64,000 bases of DNA from Planctomycetota bacterium (GCA_965223505.1 CBDCWP010000044.1:224001-288000), one strand, 5' to 3'; numbered from the stretch's first letter, positions 48,318-58,935 are shown. Numbers and translations: made by a program. Notes: generated by a model not told the origin, from the letters alone.

Positions 48318-49151
48318 TTACTCGACGTCGTCGTCGGGGAAGAAGTTCACGCGATCGTGTTCCTGGGCTGCGAACTCGCTGGGCCGATAGCCGGAGAACG
48401 CTCGAAACTCGCGGATGAAGTGGGCCTGGTCCGCGTAGCCGAGCTCCAGGCTCAGACCGGCCCAGTCCACGGACGACTGCGATTGGAGCCGCTCGAACAC
48501 CTGATAGAAGCGCAGGATGCGTTGCATGCGTTTCGGCGTGGGCCCGACGTGCCGGCGGAAGAGCTCGAGGAATCGGCGGTACGACACCGATCCCTCCTCG
48601 GCGACGAGGTCGGTGAATCGCACCGTGCCGGGTGTCGCGAGGAGGTGCTTCATCACGAAGCGGATCACCGGCGGCGCTTCGCGGGATGGGTCGTGGCGGT
48701 CGCAAAGCCACGTGTGCAGCGCAGCCAGGCCGGCCATGGCTTCGTTTGCGAGGAGCGAGTCGCGCAGCGTGGCGATCTCGGGGCCGAACACCTCGCTTGC
48801 GGGTACGACCCGGTCGCAGTAGCGGTCGAGGTCGTCCGGCAGGAGGCAGCGCGCGCGGCCGGGCGCAAACTGCGCGGCGACGAGCTTCGAGGCGGGGCGC
48901 GTTTCACCGATCGTGATGTAGTTGCCGTGCACGCCGGACAGCCATGCGCCTTTGCAGGGTTGTCGGGGTTCACCGGTCTCGTTGTCGAAGACGTATCGAG
49001 TTCGTCCGTCGAGCTCGATCACCAGATGAATGCGACCGTCGGGGACGAGTCGTTCGAGCCGGTGTTCCGGTTCGTAGCCGGAGACCGAGAACATGTTCTC
49101 GACGACGCCGACGAGCGGCGGCTCTGACGGGACGTACGGCACGTACTCCAT
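48318..49151 (-). CDS. AraC family regulator (DUF6597-like N-terminal domain)
   Basis: ERLVPDG; F...VG.TPK..RI.RF and GYADQAHFIREFR.FSG. Confidence 0.92.
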   Translation of the reverse strand: MEYVPYVPSEPPLVGVVENMFSVSGYEPEHRLERLVPDGRIHLVIELDGRTRYVFDNETGEPRQPCKGAWLSGVHGNYITIGETRPASKLVAAQFAPGRARCLLPDDLDRYCDRVVPASEVFGPEIATLRDSLLANEAMAGLAALHTWLCDRHDPSREAPPVIRFVMKHLLATPGTVRFTDLVAEEGSVSYRRFLELFRRHVGPTPKRMQRILRFYQVFERLQSQSSVDWAGLSLELGYADQAHFIREFRAFSGYRPSEFAAQEHDRVNFFPDDDVE

Positions 49152-49244
49152 CCGTAAAACGTACGGAGGGTGGGGCGGCGGTGCCATGCCTCCTGCCGAT
49201 CGTCATCGCGGATTCCGGATCGCGCGGTGGGGGCGCGAGAGAAG

Positions 49245-49291
49245 TGGTGGGCGTTACTGGACTCGAACCAGTGACCCCCAGCTTGTCGAGC
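49245..49291 (-). tRNA. 3' half of tRNA-Val(GAC); att-site remnant, not a full tRNA
   Basis: Minus strand GCTCGACAAGCTGGGGGTCACTGGTTCGAGTCCAGTAACGCCCACCA gives anticodon loop, T-arm and 3' acceptor with CCA; no D-arm or 5' acceptor strand upstream. Confidence 0.85.
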
Positions 49292-49325
49292 GAACGAGCA
49301 GCTTGGCGGGGAACCGCTCCGACCT

Positions 49326-50205
49326 CTAGCGAACGCCCTCGAAGACGACCGCAGTCCCGTTCGTGGTGCCTCGTTGCGGAGCACCGACGACGACCGTCGT
49401 TTCGGCGGCACCGGCGGCGTAGCCGAAGCGATCGCCGGAGAGGGGGTTGGGGGCGGACAACACTGCGCCCTCGCGCTGCGTCCACCCTGCAGGGGTCGCA
49501 TCAAAGAGATACGCCGCCCCCTCTCCACCCGCGCCTGGAGCCCCAAGGAGAATGACCCCAGCAAGGGCCGCCACCGACCCGCCGAGTTGGTCTCCGGCCT
49601 CGCCGCCCACGACAGTGAGTGCAGGCAAGGACGACCAAGAGCCGGTGGATCGCTCGAAGACGTAGCCTGCCCCAGCGTTCGCAACGCCACCCACATCGTG
49701 AAGAGGTGCGCCGACTGCCAGCAAGTCTCCGCGCAACGACACGTTCGTGCCGAAGCGGTCACCCGTAGCAGCGTCGCTTGCTTGGACTCGCTGCTCAAGT
49801 GACCAAGTGGATCCAGTGCGAACGTAGATGTACGCTGCGCCGGCGCCTGACTTCCCGCCGTGCGACTCGAGTCGGCCCCGACTGCCGCCGTGTCTCCGTC
49901 GATGGCGGCCGCGAACCCGAACTCGCCCCAGATACTCGAGAGCAACTTCGCTTCCGGAACTGTGTTCCACCCCGCCGCGCCTCGGCGGAAGACGTAGGCC
50001 GCACCCTCGACGTGGGCCCCTACCACGATAGTGTCAGCGTCGATGGCGACTACGCGGCCAAACTGTGCTCCGCCCCCGCCGTTCGGGAGCAGTTTCGTGT
50101 CGAACTGCCAGTCCGTTCCGCTCCACTCGTACACGTATGCAGAACCTGCCTGGGATGCCCAGTCATCGTCGAGGACCGCCCCGATAACGAGGGTGTCGGC
50201 GACAT
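49326..50205 (-). pseudogene. FG-GAP repeat protein remnant, 5'-truncated and frameshifted
   Basis: FG..VAI.GDT.VVGA...GAAYVF repeats split over two frames near 49870. Confidence 0.8.
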
Positions 50206-50399
50206 CCTTGCGGACAAGACGCGCGGGACCAGGCCTCGCGAGCCCATGCCCCGCCAAGCGAAAGCGAGGTTCTGGCGCGGGATGCCGCCACCGAGAGAGC
50301 CCCCAGAGCCAGCCGGCCAAGTTGACGGCGCTGGAATACCGATTCTCCCTCCGAGAACGAGAGCTGGTTCCCAGACGGAGCGGCCAGAGCGACGCGTAG

Positions 50400-50560
50400 G
50401 CCTCGGCAGGTGCTCAACGGGGTGTTCTGGATTCTCCGCACGGGAGCGCCGTGGCTTGACCTGCCGGAGTGCTACGGACCGTGGACGACGGTGTACTTCC
50501 GCTTTCGCGAGTGGGAGCGAGACGGCGTCATCGATCGGATGGTGGCCCGGTTGCAGTCGC
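50400..50560 (+). pseudogene. IS5-family transposase N-terminal (DUF4096-like) fragment
   Basis: VLNGVFWILRTGAPW.DLP..YGPW.TVY.RF..W..DG; no DDE domain follows. Confidence 0.85.
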
Positions 50561-50694
50561 GCCGGGCTCGGGGCGCGAACATCGACGGAGCACTCCTCGA
50601 GCGTCTACGCGTCCAGGGTGGCGACGGGTCGGTCCGATCACCTGCTGCCCCGCTTCCAGAGCGAGCCGAGGCACCAACGGAGATCGGCATCTTC

Positions 50695-51111
50695 CTAGAT
50701 CGCCGGAAGTTGCGCGATGGGGGTCGTCATGATGCCGCGGTCCTCGGGATCGCGGAGGTCCACGACCGCCTTGAGCGGCACGCCCAACGGGTCGGGAGGC
50801 GGGGTCGTCATGATGCCGCGGAACACCGCAATCCATCGCCGCGGGTTCATGTCGATCGGGACGACCTTCGAGGTATCGCCCATGTGGGCGCGGCCCTCGT
50901 TTGCGGCGGCCTCCGTGGCGAAGATCTTGTTGTGGTTGTGGCACTTGGCAGCGTTGGAAACCCGGCGTCCCTTGCCCGAGAGCAGGAAGGCCTTCGTGGC
51001 GTCGACGCCCTGCGGAGGGCCGCTGCCGCCGCCGCAGCCGACCAGGCCAACGGCCATGGACGCTCCGGTGGCCACGATGAAGCCCCGGCGAGTCAGGCGA
51101 ACGTTGCTCAT
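50695..51111 (-). CDS. Small Tat-exported lipoprotein (paralog of 4584..4931)
   Basis: TRRGFI, LVGC, SNAAKCHNHNKIFAT..AA..GRAHMGDTSK and VDLR. Confidence 0.8.
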   Translation of the reverse strand: MSNVRLTRRGFIVATGASMAVGLVGCGGGSGPPQGVDATKAFLLSGKGRRVSNAAKCHNHNKIFATEAAANEGRAHMGDTSKVVPIDMNPRRWIAVFRGIMTTPPPDPLGVPLKAVVDLRDPEDRGIMTTPIAQLPAI

Positions 51112-51129
51112 GCGACCGTCACTCCCGGG

Positions 51130-51296
51130 AAAAAGGGGGTGGAGGGCGTCTCCCGACCGCCCCGCCAGCTCCGCCTTGTGAGCGGGTCCGACTTTGCTCT
51201 GGGACTTACTTGCGGGGGGGACCGTTCACGGGACGTCTCATCGTCCGCCTTACACGCTCCTTAGCCGAGGCTGTTGCGCTTTTCTTATCCGACCCC
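51130..51296 (-). ncRNA. Candidate structured cis-regulatory leader RNA, copy B
   Basis: Same ordered blocks and stems as 4362-4571. Confidence 0.6.
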
Positions 51297-51328
51297 TGAT
51301 ATTACCTCCACAGGCTTACCACACCTTG

Positions 51329-51357
51329 GATCTACGAAAGCCGACGGCCCCTGTCAA
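51329..51357 (-). promoter_or_regulatory. Sigma70-like promoter for leader B
   Basis: TTGACA-N17-TAGATC on the minus strand. Confidence 0.5.
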
Positions 51358-51756
51358 GCCGGTAAGTCGCGCGGTACGGAGTCCGGACCGATTCCGGACG
51401 TTTATTGCGGGAGTGCCTGAGGCAATACTCAAGGCTGATCTTCCCTGAGGATTGGTGAGGATTCCGACCGAGCAGAGGGCGATGCTTGCTCGCGGCCAAC
51501 CAACCGACATTCGTGTCTTTCCAAGCCGGAACTTGGTCCCCCGAAACGAACATGCGGAGATCGTGCGGCCCACGCGCTGCTTGCTCCCAGGTCGCCTCAT
51601 CAATCAGATCGGTCCGCACGCCAAGGTTGTCCATCTTTGATGCCGTTCGTACGACCTTGTCTCCCTCGACGAATAGGTGACCTGCGAAGGGCAGGAAACC
51701 GGTGTTGATAAGGCTCTCTCCTTTGGCTGGCCTATGTGCCAGGGAAAGGAAGAGAG

Positions 51757-53118
51757 ATGAACGACGATACGAAGGCGCCCGAGAGGTTGGACGGCCCGCT
51801 TCCGAAGGGAGGCGGAGGCGACGAAGTCGCCGGAGCCGAGCGGAGGAAGCGGGCCGTGAGCGGCTACGTGCCCCGCGGCACACGCAGCCGTCGTGCGCGA
51901 ACGGTGCGAAGCGACGCATCGCGTAGCGCGGAGTTCACGGGCGAGCAGCGCCTGTTGGCGCTTGACTGTTGGTTTCGCAGCGAGCTTGCGGCCACGGAGT
52001 TCGCGCCGCTGATCGGCGTGAGCACGGCGTCGCTGTACGCGTGGCGTCGCAAGTTCGAGGAGGAGGGCCCCGCCGGTTTGCTCGGGCACAAGCGCGGCAT
52101 GAAGGGCAGCGGGCTGCCCGAGCCGGCGCGCCGTGCGATCCTGATGATGAAGGACGCGCATCCGGACTGGGGCCAGGATCGGATCCACGACATGCTGATC
52201 CGAACGGAGGGTATCTCGGTTTCAGGCGGCGCGGTTCAGCGCGTGCTGAAGGAAGCGGGCTACGAGGTGGAGGCGGTTGCGCCGGCGCGCAACCCGCCCA
52301 AGGTGAAGCGATTCGAGCGCAAGCGACCGAACGAGCTTTGGCAAACGGATCTATTCACGTTTCTCCTGAAGCGCGAGCGTCGGCGCGTGCACCTGGTTTG
52401 CTACCTGGACGACTTCTCGCGTTTCATCGTGGGCTTCGGGCTTCACGCATCGGCGTCGGGTGCGATGGTTCGGGAGACGTTCGAGCAGGCGATCGCGAAC
52501 TTCGGCGCGCCCGAGGAGATTTTGACCGACAACGGCGCGCAGTATCAGACCTGGCGCGGGAAGAGCTCGTTTCGCAAGCTTTGCGAGAAGCGCGGCATCA
52601 AGCAGATCGTGGCCAGGCCGAGGCGGCCGCAGACGCTTGGCAAGATCGAGCGTTTCTGGGGCACGCTGTTTCGCGAGCTGATCGACGGAGCGATCTTCCG
52701 CGGCATGGAGGACGCCAAGACGCGCATTGCCCACTTCATCGGCTTCTACAACTTCCAGCGCACCCACCAGGGCATTGGCGGCCTGGTTCCAGCGGACCGA
52801 TTCTTCGAAGCCTCGCAGAGCGTGCGCAGCGCCCTGCAGGAGGCGGTTGCAACGAACGCCAAGGAGTTGGCGCTTCACGGTGAGCCGCGCAAGCCCTTGT
52901 ACCTGGCGGGTCGAATCGGCGACGAGCCGGTGTCGCTTCACGCCGAGGGCGACAAGGTGCTGTTGACGGACAAGGACGGCGTTCGCGAAGAGGTCGACTT
53001 GCGGGCATCGGGCAAGCGCAAGGATGCGGCCAAGGAGGGGCCGGGCGAGAGCGTGCTCGACGACGTGCTCGAGGAGCTCAAGGCCCTTGACGAGGCGCCC
53101 ACGAAGGAGCAGGAGTAA
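51757..53118 (+). CDS. IS481-like transposase (HTH plus rve core)
   Basis: RFER..PNELWQTD, DDFSRF, LTDNG.QY, PQTLGKIERF and YN..R.HQG. Confidence 0.92.
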   Translation: MNDDTKAPERLDGPLPKGGGGDEVAGAERRKRAVSGYVPRGTRSRRARTVRSDASRSAEFTGEQRLLALDCWFRSELAATEFAPLIGVSTASLYAWRRKFEEEGPAGLLGHKRGMKGSGLPEPARRAILMMKDAHPDWGQDRIHDMLIRTEGISVSGGAVQRVLKEAGYEVEAVAPARNPPKVKRFERKRPNELWQTDLFTFLLKRERRRVHLVCYLDDFSRFIVGFGLHASASGAMVRETFEQAIANFGAPEEILTDNGAQYQTWRGKSSFRKLCEKRGIKQIVARPRRPQTLGKIERFWGTLFRELIDGAIFRGMEDAKTRIAHFIGFYNFQRTHQGIGGLVPADRFFEASQSVRSALQEAVATNAKELALHGEPRKPLYLAGRIGDEPVSLHAEGDKVLLTDKDGVREEVDLRASGKRKDAAKEGPGESVLDDVLEELKALDEAPTKEQE

Positions 53119-53624
53119 TGCCTACGAAGAAGAAGAACGTGACGACGATCACGGCGAGCAAGACGTCGCGCAAGCACGTGGCAGTGATATTGGAAGCGCT
53201 CTCAGGCGAGATCGGCACGAGCGAGGCGGCTGAGCAGATGGGCGTGTCGCTCTCGCGCTACTACCAGCTCGAAGGCCGTGCTTTGAAGGGCATGCTGCGG
53301 GCGATGGAGCCGAAGAAGCGCGGCATCCAGAAGACGCCGCAGCGCGAGATATTGGCGCTGAAGGCCGAGAAACAGCACCTGGAGAAGGAGCTTCGGCGGC
53401 ACCAGTCCCTGCTTCGTGCGGCCAATCGAAGCCTGGGGCTGGCGCGCGGCGGGCGCAAGCAGGCATCCTCGAAGAAGGGCCGCAGCGCCAAGCGCGGCCA
53501 CCGCGGCAAGACGGTGCTGAAGACGCTGCGCACGGGCCTTGAAGAGAAAGGAAACGGCGATGGGACGGCGAAGCGAGATGCCGACGCTGGTGGCGCGCAC
53601 GTCGGCGAGCGAGACGGCGCGTGA
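53118..53624 (+). CDS. Small basic HTH/coiled-coil accessory protein
   Basis: EAAEQMGVSLSRYYQLE HTH; TAATG coupling to the transposase. Confidence 0.75.
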   Translation: MPTKKKNVTTITASKTSRKHVAVILEALSGEIGTSEAAEQMGVSLSRYYQLEGRALKGMLRAMEPKKRGIQKTPQREILALKAEKQHLEKELRRHQSLLRAANRSLGLARGGRKQASSKKGRSAKRGHRGKTVLKTLRTGLEEKGNGDGTAKRDADAGGAHVGERDGA

Positions 53625-53955
53625 GCGCGTGAAGGTGATTCTGCTCACGCTTGGCCGGCAGTGGAGCGTTGGCGATGCGTGCGAGCGTTTGGGCATCGGC
53701 CGAACGCGCTTCCAGGATCTTCGACGTAGGTTCTTGCAGGCCGGCGTTGAGGCGCTTGAAGGCGGCGCTTGTGGCCGGCCGCGCGCCGTGCTGCCTGACG
53801 ACGATCATGAGCTTGAGCGCGAGGTGTCGAAGCTACGGCACCGAGTGCGCGTGGTGCGAACGCAGGTGGACATCTTCGATTGCGGGCTTGGCGAGGCGCC
53901 GCGGGTTCGGCACGCGCTGCATGTGGCGCACCAGGGAGGATGGAGGCAGGGATGA
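53560..53955 (+). CDS. Small HTH accessory protein
   Basis: SV.DACERLGIGRTRF HTH followed by GRP. Confidence 0.75.
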   Translation: MGRRSEMPTLVARTSASETARERVKVILLTLGRQWSVGDACERLGIGRTRFQDLRRRFLQAGVEALEGGACGRPRAVLPDDDHELEREVSKLRHRVRVVRTQVDIFDCGLGEAPRVRHALHVAHQGGWRQG

Positions 53956-55058
53956 GCGAGAGGATGTCGTACGAGGAGCAGGTGAAGTTCCGGCTTCAGG
54001 CCGTGGAGGTGATGCGGCGAAGTGGCTGGGACAAGGAAACACGCGCCTACCTGGCGCGAGTCCTTGGCGTGGCCGAGCGAACGATCAGGCGGTGGGAGCT
54101 TCGCGTTCGCCAGGGCAAGCCGGTGTACGAGAAGCGTGGCCGCAAGGCCGATGACGTACCACGAGCGAAGCGGCAGAAGGTGCTGCGTGCGATGTTCGAG
54201 CTCGGGCCGTTCTCGGGTGTGACCGTACTTCGGGGAATGTTCAGCGACGTGCCGTATCGAGTGCTCTCAGAGATGAAGAGGCGCCTGCTACGGGTGGCGC
54301 TGCGTCGATGGCGCTGGTATCGGAGGCGGCTAAAGTGGGTTCGTGCCGGGGCGGTGTGGGCGGCGGACTTCACCAGGCCCAAGGCTGGCCTGTGGCAGGG
54401 CAAGGATCGACTGTTCCTGGTTCGCGATCTCGGAAGCGGAGCGCAGCTGGCGGCCGTAGCCTGCCGGGGCGAGAAGACGAAGACTGTGTGCGCGGCGCTG
54501 CTCGCATTGATCACGCTGTTCGGAGCGCCGCTCATTCTGAAGAAGGACAACGCCGGCGCATTTCGCTCGGAACAGACGGCCGCGTTGCTCGAGGAGCACG
54601 GCATCACGCCACTCACGTCGCCGCCGTACACGCCCGCCTACAACGGCGCGTGCGAGCGCAGCGGCGGGAACTTCAAGCGACGTGTACAGCACATCGCGCA
54701 GATGGAAGGACATCCCCGCATCTGGCTACCTCAAAACCTCGACGACGCCTTGCTCGTTGCGAATACGACGGCGAGGCCATGGGGTGCGACCGGGCCCACG
54801 CCGGCGGAGGCCCTCGAAGACCGCCGGCCCATCACGAGGCAAGAGAGAACGGCATTCGCGCACGATCTGAAGATCGAGACCGATGCCGCGCTCAAGACAT
54901 TCAAGGAAAGAAACGCTAGAATGCCGACGTGCATCGAGCGCGCGTCAATCGACCGCAGCGCGACGCAGAGAACGCTCTGCAAGCACGGCTATCTACAGTT
55001 CCGGAGAGGGCGTTTATCAACACTAGTTTCCGCTTGGCGGAGGCGGCCTAACGCGTAG
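53952..55058 (+). CDS. Second integrase-core transposase
   Basis: HTH (LGVAERTIRRW); WAADFT, VRDL.SG, K.DN..AF and SPPYTP.YNG.CER. Confidence 0.85.
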   Translation: MSERMSYEEQVKFRLQAVEVMRRSGWDKETRAYLARVLGVAERTIRRWELRVRQGKPVYEKRGRKADDVPRAKRQKVLRAMFELGPFSGVTVLRGMFSDVPYRVLSEMKRRLLRVALRRWRWYRRRLKWVRAGAVWAADFTRPKAGLWQGKDRLFLVRDLGSGAQLAAVACRGEKTKTVCAALLALITLFGAPLILKKDNAGAFRSEQTAALLEEHGITPLTSPPYTPAYNGACERSGGNFKRRVQHIAQMEGHPRIWLPQNLDDALLVANTTARPWGATGPTPAEALEDRRPITRQERTAFAHDLKIETDAALKTFKERNARMPTCIERASIDRSATQRTLCKHGYLQFRRGRLSTLVSAWRRRPNA

Positions 55059-55129
55059 GGGACACAACGACACCCAGCCGTCGAAAAACCCCTGCGACGC
55101 CCGTCTCACTAGATCACAATCAAGTAACG

Positions 55130-56908
55130 ATGCAAAAACGCGCAACGGTCGTCGCTGCTAGTACAGCTGTCGCTATTCTCCTCGCCCTTTGGCTCTTCCT
55201 GGCGGAGGGTGAAGTGGGTTCCGACACTGGGCCTCACGAGTCCGCCGACGTGCAGAATGGAATTGCTGCGGGGCTGGATGTGCGCACTGGACGAGTATCA
55301 GCGAGTACGAATGAGAGGGGCGACGACGCCCAGTCGAGCGACTACGTCGCGCGGATTGCCGGAACAGTCGTCGATGAGTGGGATCAACCTGCTTCGGGAG
55401 GACGCCTTCGGCTCCTACGTGCGCCTCCAGGCACCAAGTGGGCAGCTGAGCCGATCGTCTCTCCAGAGGGGCGTTTCGAGACGGAGATAGGATTCGCGGA
55501 TCCAGCACGCGTGGGTCTGATCTACATCGGGCCAAAGGAGCTTAGATCTGTAGTTGAGTGGGTAGATCTCAAGCCAGACGCCGATGTCGCCGAGCTAACT
55601 CTGTTTGCGTTTCGCGCAGCACGACTTCGAATCAGAGTGATGGACGCCACTGGAAGAACCGTTGAAGGTGCACGGATAGCCCAAGTGCCCTTGAACATGC
55701 TGACTGGTTCCGTCCTTACTGACTCCCAAGGCTGGGCGGACGCGCTGGTGCCCGCCGAACCGTTGTCTGCCGTGAGGGCGACTGGCCCGGACGGCACGAG
55801 CGGTCAAACCAAGGGGCTGTTCCTGCTGCCCGGCGAAGAGCGCGAAGTCGATATTCGACTCTTGGATTCGGCCCTGCGTGTTCCGGTTTCGCTTGTGTCA
55901 GGCGGCGACGCGAATGTTGGCGGGAAGAGAATGTCGATTCGATTCGACCTCCCTCCTACTGAAGTCGTGCAGGCGATAGTCGACGGACCGCCGATCTTCG
56001 TTGATCTCACTCCGCGGCAACGACGACTCAGCGCACGCGTCTGGGGTGATGGAATCGATGCGACAAGGCACAGTTGGCAGGACGTCCTCAAACCCGACCT
56101 ACTCGACGGGCTGTCAATACCGGTCGGGTTCAGGTCGCGAACGACGGTAGTCGTGACGGATGCGCGCGGCGATCCACTACGCAACCTTCACGTTGAGCTC
56201 GTGCGCTCCGATTCCAACAGAACGACCCCACGAGTACTGAGAGCCACCACGGATTGGAACGGGGCCGCCCAGTTCAATGCGCTGCACCACGGTGAATACG
56301 TCGCTAGCGCTTTCGGCCAGCAGTTGGGGAGGCTCGTTGTCGATGCGCCTAGGTCGGTTCATCAGTTGTCACTCATGTCGGCGGGTGTTGTGGGAGGAAA
56401 CTACGCCGGACCTGACCGTATTGGGCGGACCTTGATCGGCTTGAGTGTGAGATCGGAGTCAGGCCAGACGTTCAGATGGCCCTCCGCCGGTTGGCACTCG
56501 AACGCGCGCTGGGAGGTATGTGTCCCATTCCCTGCAGGATCATCGGTAGCGATCGAACTGATTAGCAGCAGAAAGACCGTTGCCGGTCCCATCGAGTGTG
56601 CTGTTGGAGATCGGCAAGTGGAACTCCCACTGCCGACGTTTACACAAATCAATGTTCGTGCAGGAAAGCGAGTGCGCGTGCGGGGTTGGCTACAGTTGCG
56701 GCGCGAAGGCGAAGCCGGGGGTAAGAACTTCCCGATTGACAAACGAAACAGCACAGTCGTGCTTCCACGACTTGAGCCGGGAACGTATCAAGTGTTCTAC
56801 TCCACAACCCTGTGGGGAAACTCCGTTCTCGGTACAAAGCACGCGCCGGTGGCGTCGCTCGTTGTTCTGGACGGCCAGACCGCGTATGAGGTCGATGTTG
56901 GGTCTTGA
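55130..56908 (+). CDS. Membrane-anchored carboxypeptidase-regulatory-like domain protein
   Basis: N-terminal TM; V.D..G.P and TD..G.A.F repeats; more A/T-rich codons than the core region. Confidence 0.7.
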   Translation: MQKRATVVAASTAVAILLALWLFLAEGEVGSDTGPHESADVQNGIAAGLDVRTGRVSASTNERGDDAQSSDYVARIAGTVVDEWDQPASGGRLRLLRAPPGTKWAAEPIVSPEGRFETEIGFADPARVGLIYIGPKELRSVVEWVDLKPDADVAELTLFAFRAARLRIRVMDATGRTVEGARIAQVPLNMLTGSVLTDSQGWADALVPAEPLSAVRATGPDGTSGQTKGLFLLPGEEREVDIRLLDSALRVPVSLVSGGDANVGGKRMSIRFDLPPTEVVQAIVDGPPIFVDLTPRQRRLSARVWGDGIDATRHSWQDVLKPDLLDGLSIPVGFRSRTTVVVTDARGDPLRNLHVELVRSDSNRTTPRVLRATTDWNGAAQFNALHHGEYVASAFGQQLGRLVVDAPRSVHQLSLMSAGVVGGNYAGPDRIGRTLIGLSVRSESGQTFRWPSAGWHSNARWEVCVPFPAGSSVAIELISSRKTVAGPIECAVGDRQVELPLPTFTQINVRAGKRVRVRGWLQLRREGEAGGKNFPIDKRNSTVVLPRLEPGTYQVFYSTTLWGNSVLGTKHAPVASLVVLDGQTAYEVDVGS

Positions 56909-57211
56909 GGCCTCAGCCCCATGGTCAACGGCGGCGGGCACAGTGCCTTGCCTATGGGCAGAGCTGTGGTGAGCAAGATGAGAGTGGAGGAGCCGCCCGG
57001 ATGGCGCCAAGAAGACGCCAGTCGGAAGGTCTTGGCGCAACGGACCTGACCCTCCCCAAGGCGTAACCAGCTCTCAGCGTCGCCTAGTGGCAACTCCATG
57101 CCAAAGCGGGCCTGAGCGAAGCGACCGAATCGTAGTCCAAGAGCTGGGGCACCTCGAGTGACTTTCCCCGGGTAGGCAGCCTGTCGAGGCACGTCAAGAG
57201 AAGCGTTGGAA

Positions 57212-57680
57212 CTACTCCTCGGGAATCGTGACCGCGACCCGAAACCCAACTACGGATTCCCCCTTCTGTGGTGGGAATCTCTGTCTTGAAGACGCGCGCA
57301 AGTCGTGCGGACTACTCAGCCACGTCCCGCCCCGGACGACTCGCTCAATCCCGGTCGTCGGGCCTGTCGGGTCTCTCGTCGGCGAGTCTCGGTAGTAGGA
57401 CTCTCCGAACCAGTCCGAACACCACTCGCACACGTTGCCGAGCATGTCGTAAAGGCCCCACGGATTAGGAGCAAATGAGCCCACCGGCGCACTGACACGA
57501 TATCCGTCGTCGTGGGCGAACGAGGCCCAGTCGAGCCCGAACAGTTGCGCGGTCGTGGAGTCATTCGCGTTGGCAAAGCAGTGCGCATGGCTGTCGTCGT
57601 CGCCCCAAAAGCGGGTCGTGGTGGTCTCCGCTCGGCAGGCGTACTCCCACTCGGCCTCAGTCGGCAATCGGTATATACAG
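57212..57680 (-). pseudogene. C-terminal fragment of an FGE/SUMF1 domain protein
   Basis: YRLPTEAEWEYACRA, PNPWGLYDMLGNV.EW, RGG.W and GFRV; N-terminus missing. Confidence 0.8.
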
Positions 57681-58052
57681 CCCTTCAGGCCGTTCCCCCA
57701 GCTTCGCGAGTTCGCCACATCGTGGGCGACGAAGAACGCTCCTGGCAAGTCAACGCTGCTTCTCAACATGATCCTGCAAGACCTAAAGTCCGGAGAAGGA
57801 CTGGCGCTCGGGCGGGAGCCCTACGCGCCCTTTGTGACCTGCGCAATACCAGATCGGCGCGTGGTCCACGGTCCACGACGCAGCGTGTCACACTGACCAA
57901 CGGTGAGTGACACCTGCGTCGGACCTAGGACGTATCCTGTGGGAGACGGAAGGGTCAGCGGGCCCCGCGAGGGGGTATGGGGGTTCTATGAACGGCTGGT
58001 GCGTCAGGCAATCGCTGTGTAGCGCAGGCAAGACACTTCAGCGTGCGCGGTT

Positions 58053-58935
58053 CAGTCTGGCTTCGCCACGCTGCGCCGTGTGGCGACGTACGCCGTCGTA
58101 CGCCGTTTGCGCGGCGGGCGCCGAGGCGATGCGAGTGCTGATCAACGAGTCCATGAGAATCGAACGCAGGCCTTCCTCGGCGCTGAACCGCACGAGCGCA
58201 GCGAGCAGCGTCGGGTACGCGGGTTCAAGCCCAGCGCGTTCGCGTCGCCGCTGTTTTACCCATCGAGCCTTGAACGCGGCCAGCGAAGCGAGAGACAGTT
58301 TCGTGGCAGCTCCACGAGCGTGTCGCGAGCAGCTGCGCTGCTCGATGAAGTGGCGCACACGGCCGCTCGGGGCCAAGTACCTCGTGCTCGATGCCCGCTA
58401 CGAGAAGGTGCGCCACGGCGGATCGGTGCGCGACTGCGCGCTGTCATCGCCATCGGCATCGGCCACGACGGCAGGCGCAGCGTGCTGGGAACGAGCGTGA
58501 GCCTTTCGGAAGCCGAGGTTCACTGGCGCGAGTTCCTCAGCTCGCTTCCAGGACCACTGCATGGCGTCGAGCTCATCACCAGCGACGGCACGCTTGGCCG
58601 CCGCGCGGCCCTTCGCCGGTGTGCGCTTCGAGCTTCGACGCGACGTCGCCGCTGATCTTCGCGCCGCGTTCAACGCACGTCGCGGCGCGGCAGAAGCTGA
58701 GGCCTTCGTAAAGAACCGTGACAAGCCCGGCCGCTTGGCGCCGAGGAGAAACGATTCAACGCCACAGGGCGCACCACCAACAGCCTCAGAAGATCCGCGC
58801 GTTGCGCCACGAAGCGTCCTTGCTGCGGCGAGACAGACGACGAATCGAAACCGGACGGAGGTACCAAGCTGGCTTGCCCAGTCTGGCCCACGCTGCGCCG
58901 TGTGGCGACGTACGCCGTCTTTTGCGCGGCGGGCG
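58053..58935 (+). repeat. Imperfect direct repeat pair of about 60 bp around the degraded IS256
   Basis: CCACGCTGCGCCGTGTGGCGACGTACGCCGTC at 58066-58097 and 58888-58919, each followed by TTTGCGCGGCGGGCG. Confidence 0.8.
58120..58745 (+). pseudogene. Heavily deleted IS256 transposase copy
   Basis: Patches near-identical to 62191-63375 (AEAMRVL.NE, KYLVLDARYEKVRHGGSVRDCA, SVSLSEAEVHWREFL, LRRDVAADLRAAFNA) in shifting frames and opposite orientation. Confidence 0.9.

Larger units (their letters stand above)
51656..55066 (+). mobile_element. Four-gene transposon-like element with two integrase-core (DDE) transposases
   Basis: Four coupled ORFs; imperfect inverted ends (TGTCTCCCT..TAGG / CCTA..AGGGGACACA); ACGAC at 51651-51655 and 55067-55071. 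Confidence 0.65.

Noticed and set aside
49245..49330. Complete tRNA gene or tRNA-Sec
   Set aside because: 5' half missing, anticodon GAC, no long variable arm.
51332..51650. Gene remnant next to the transposon's left end
   Set aside because: Open frames exist but show no recognisable motif and no matching half at the other end.
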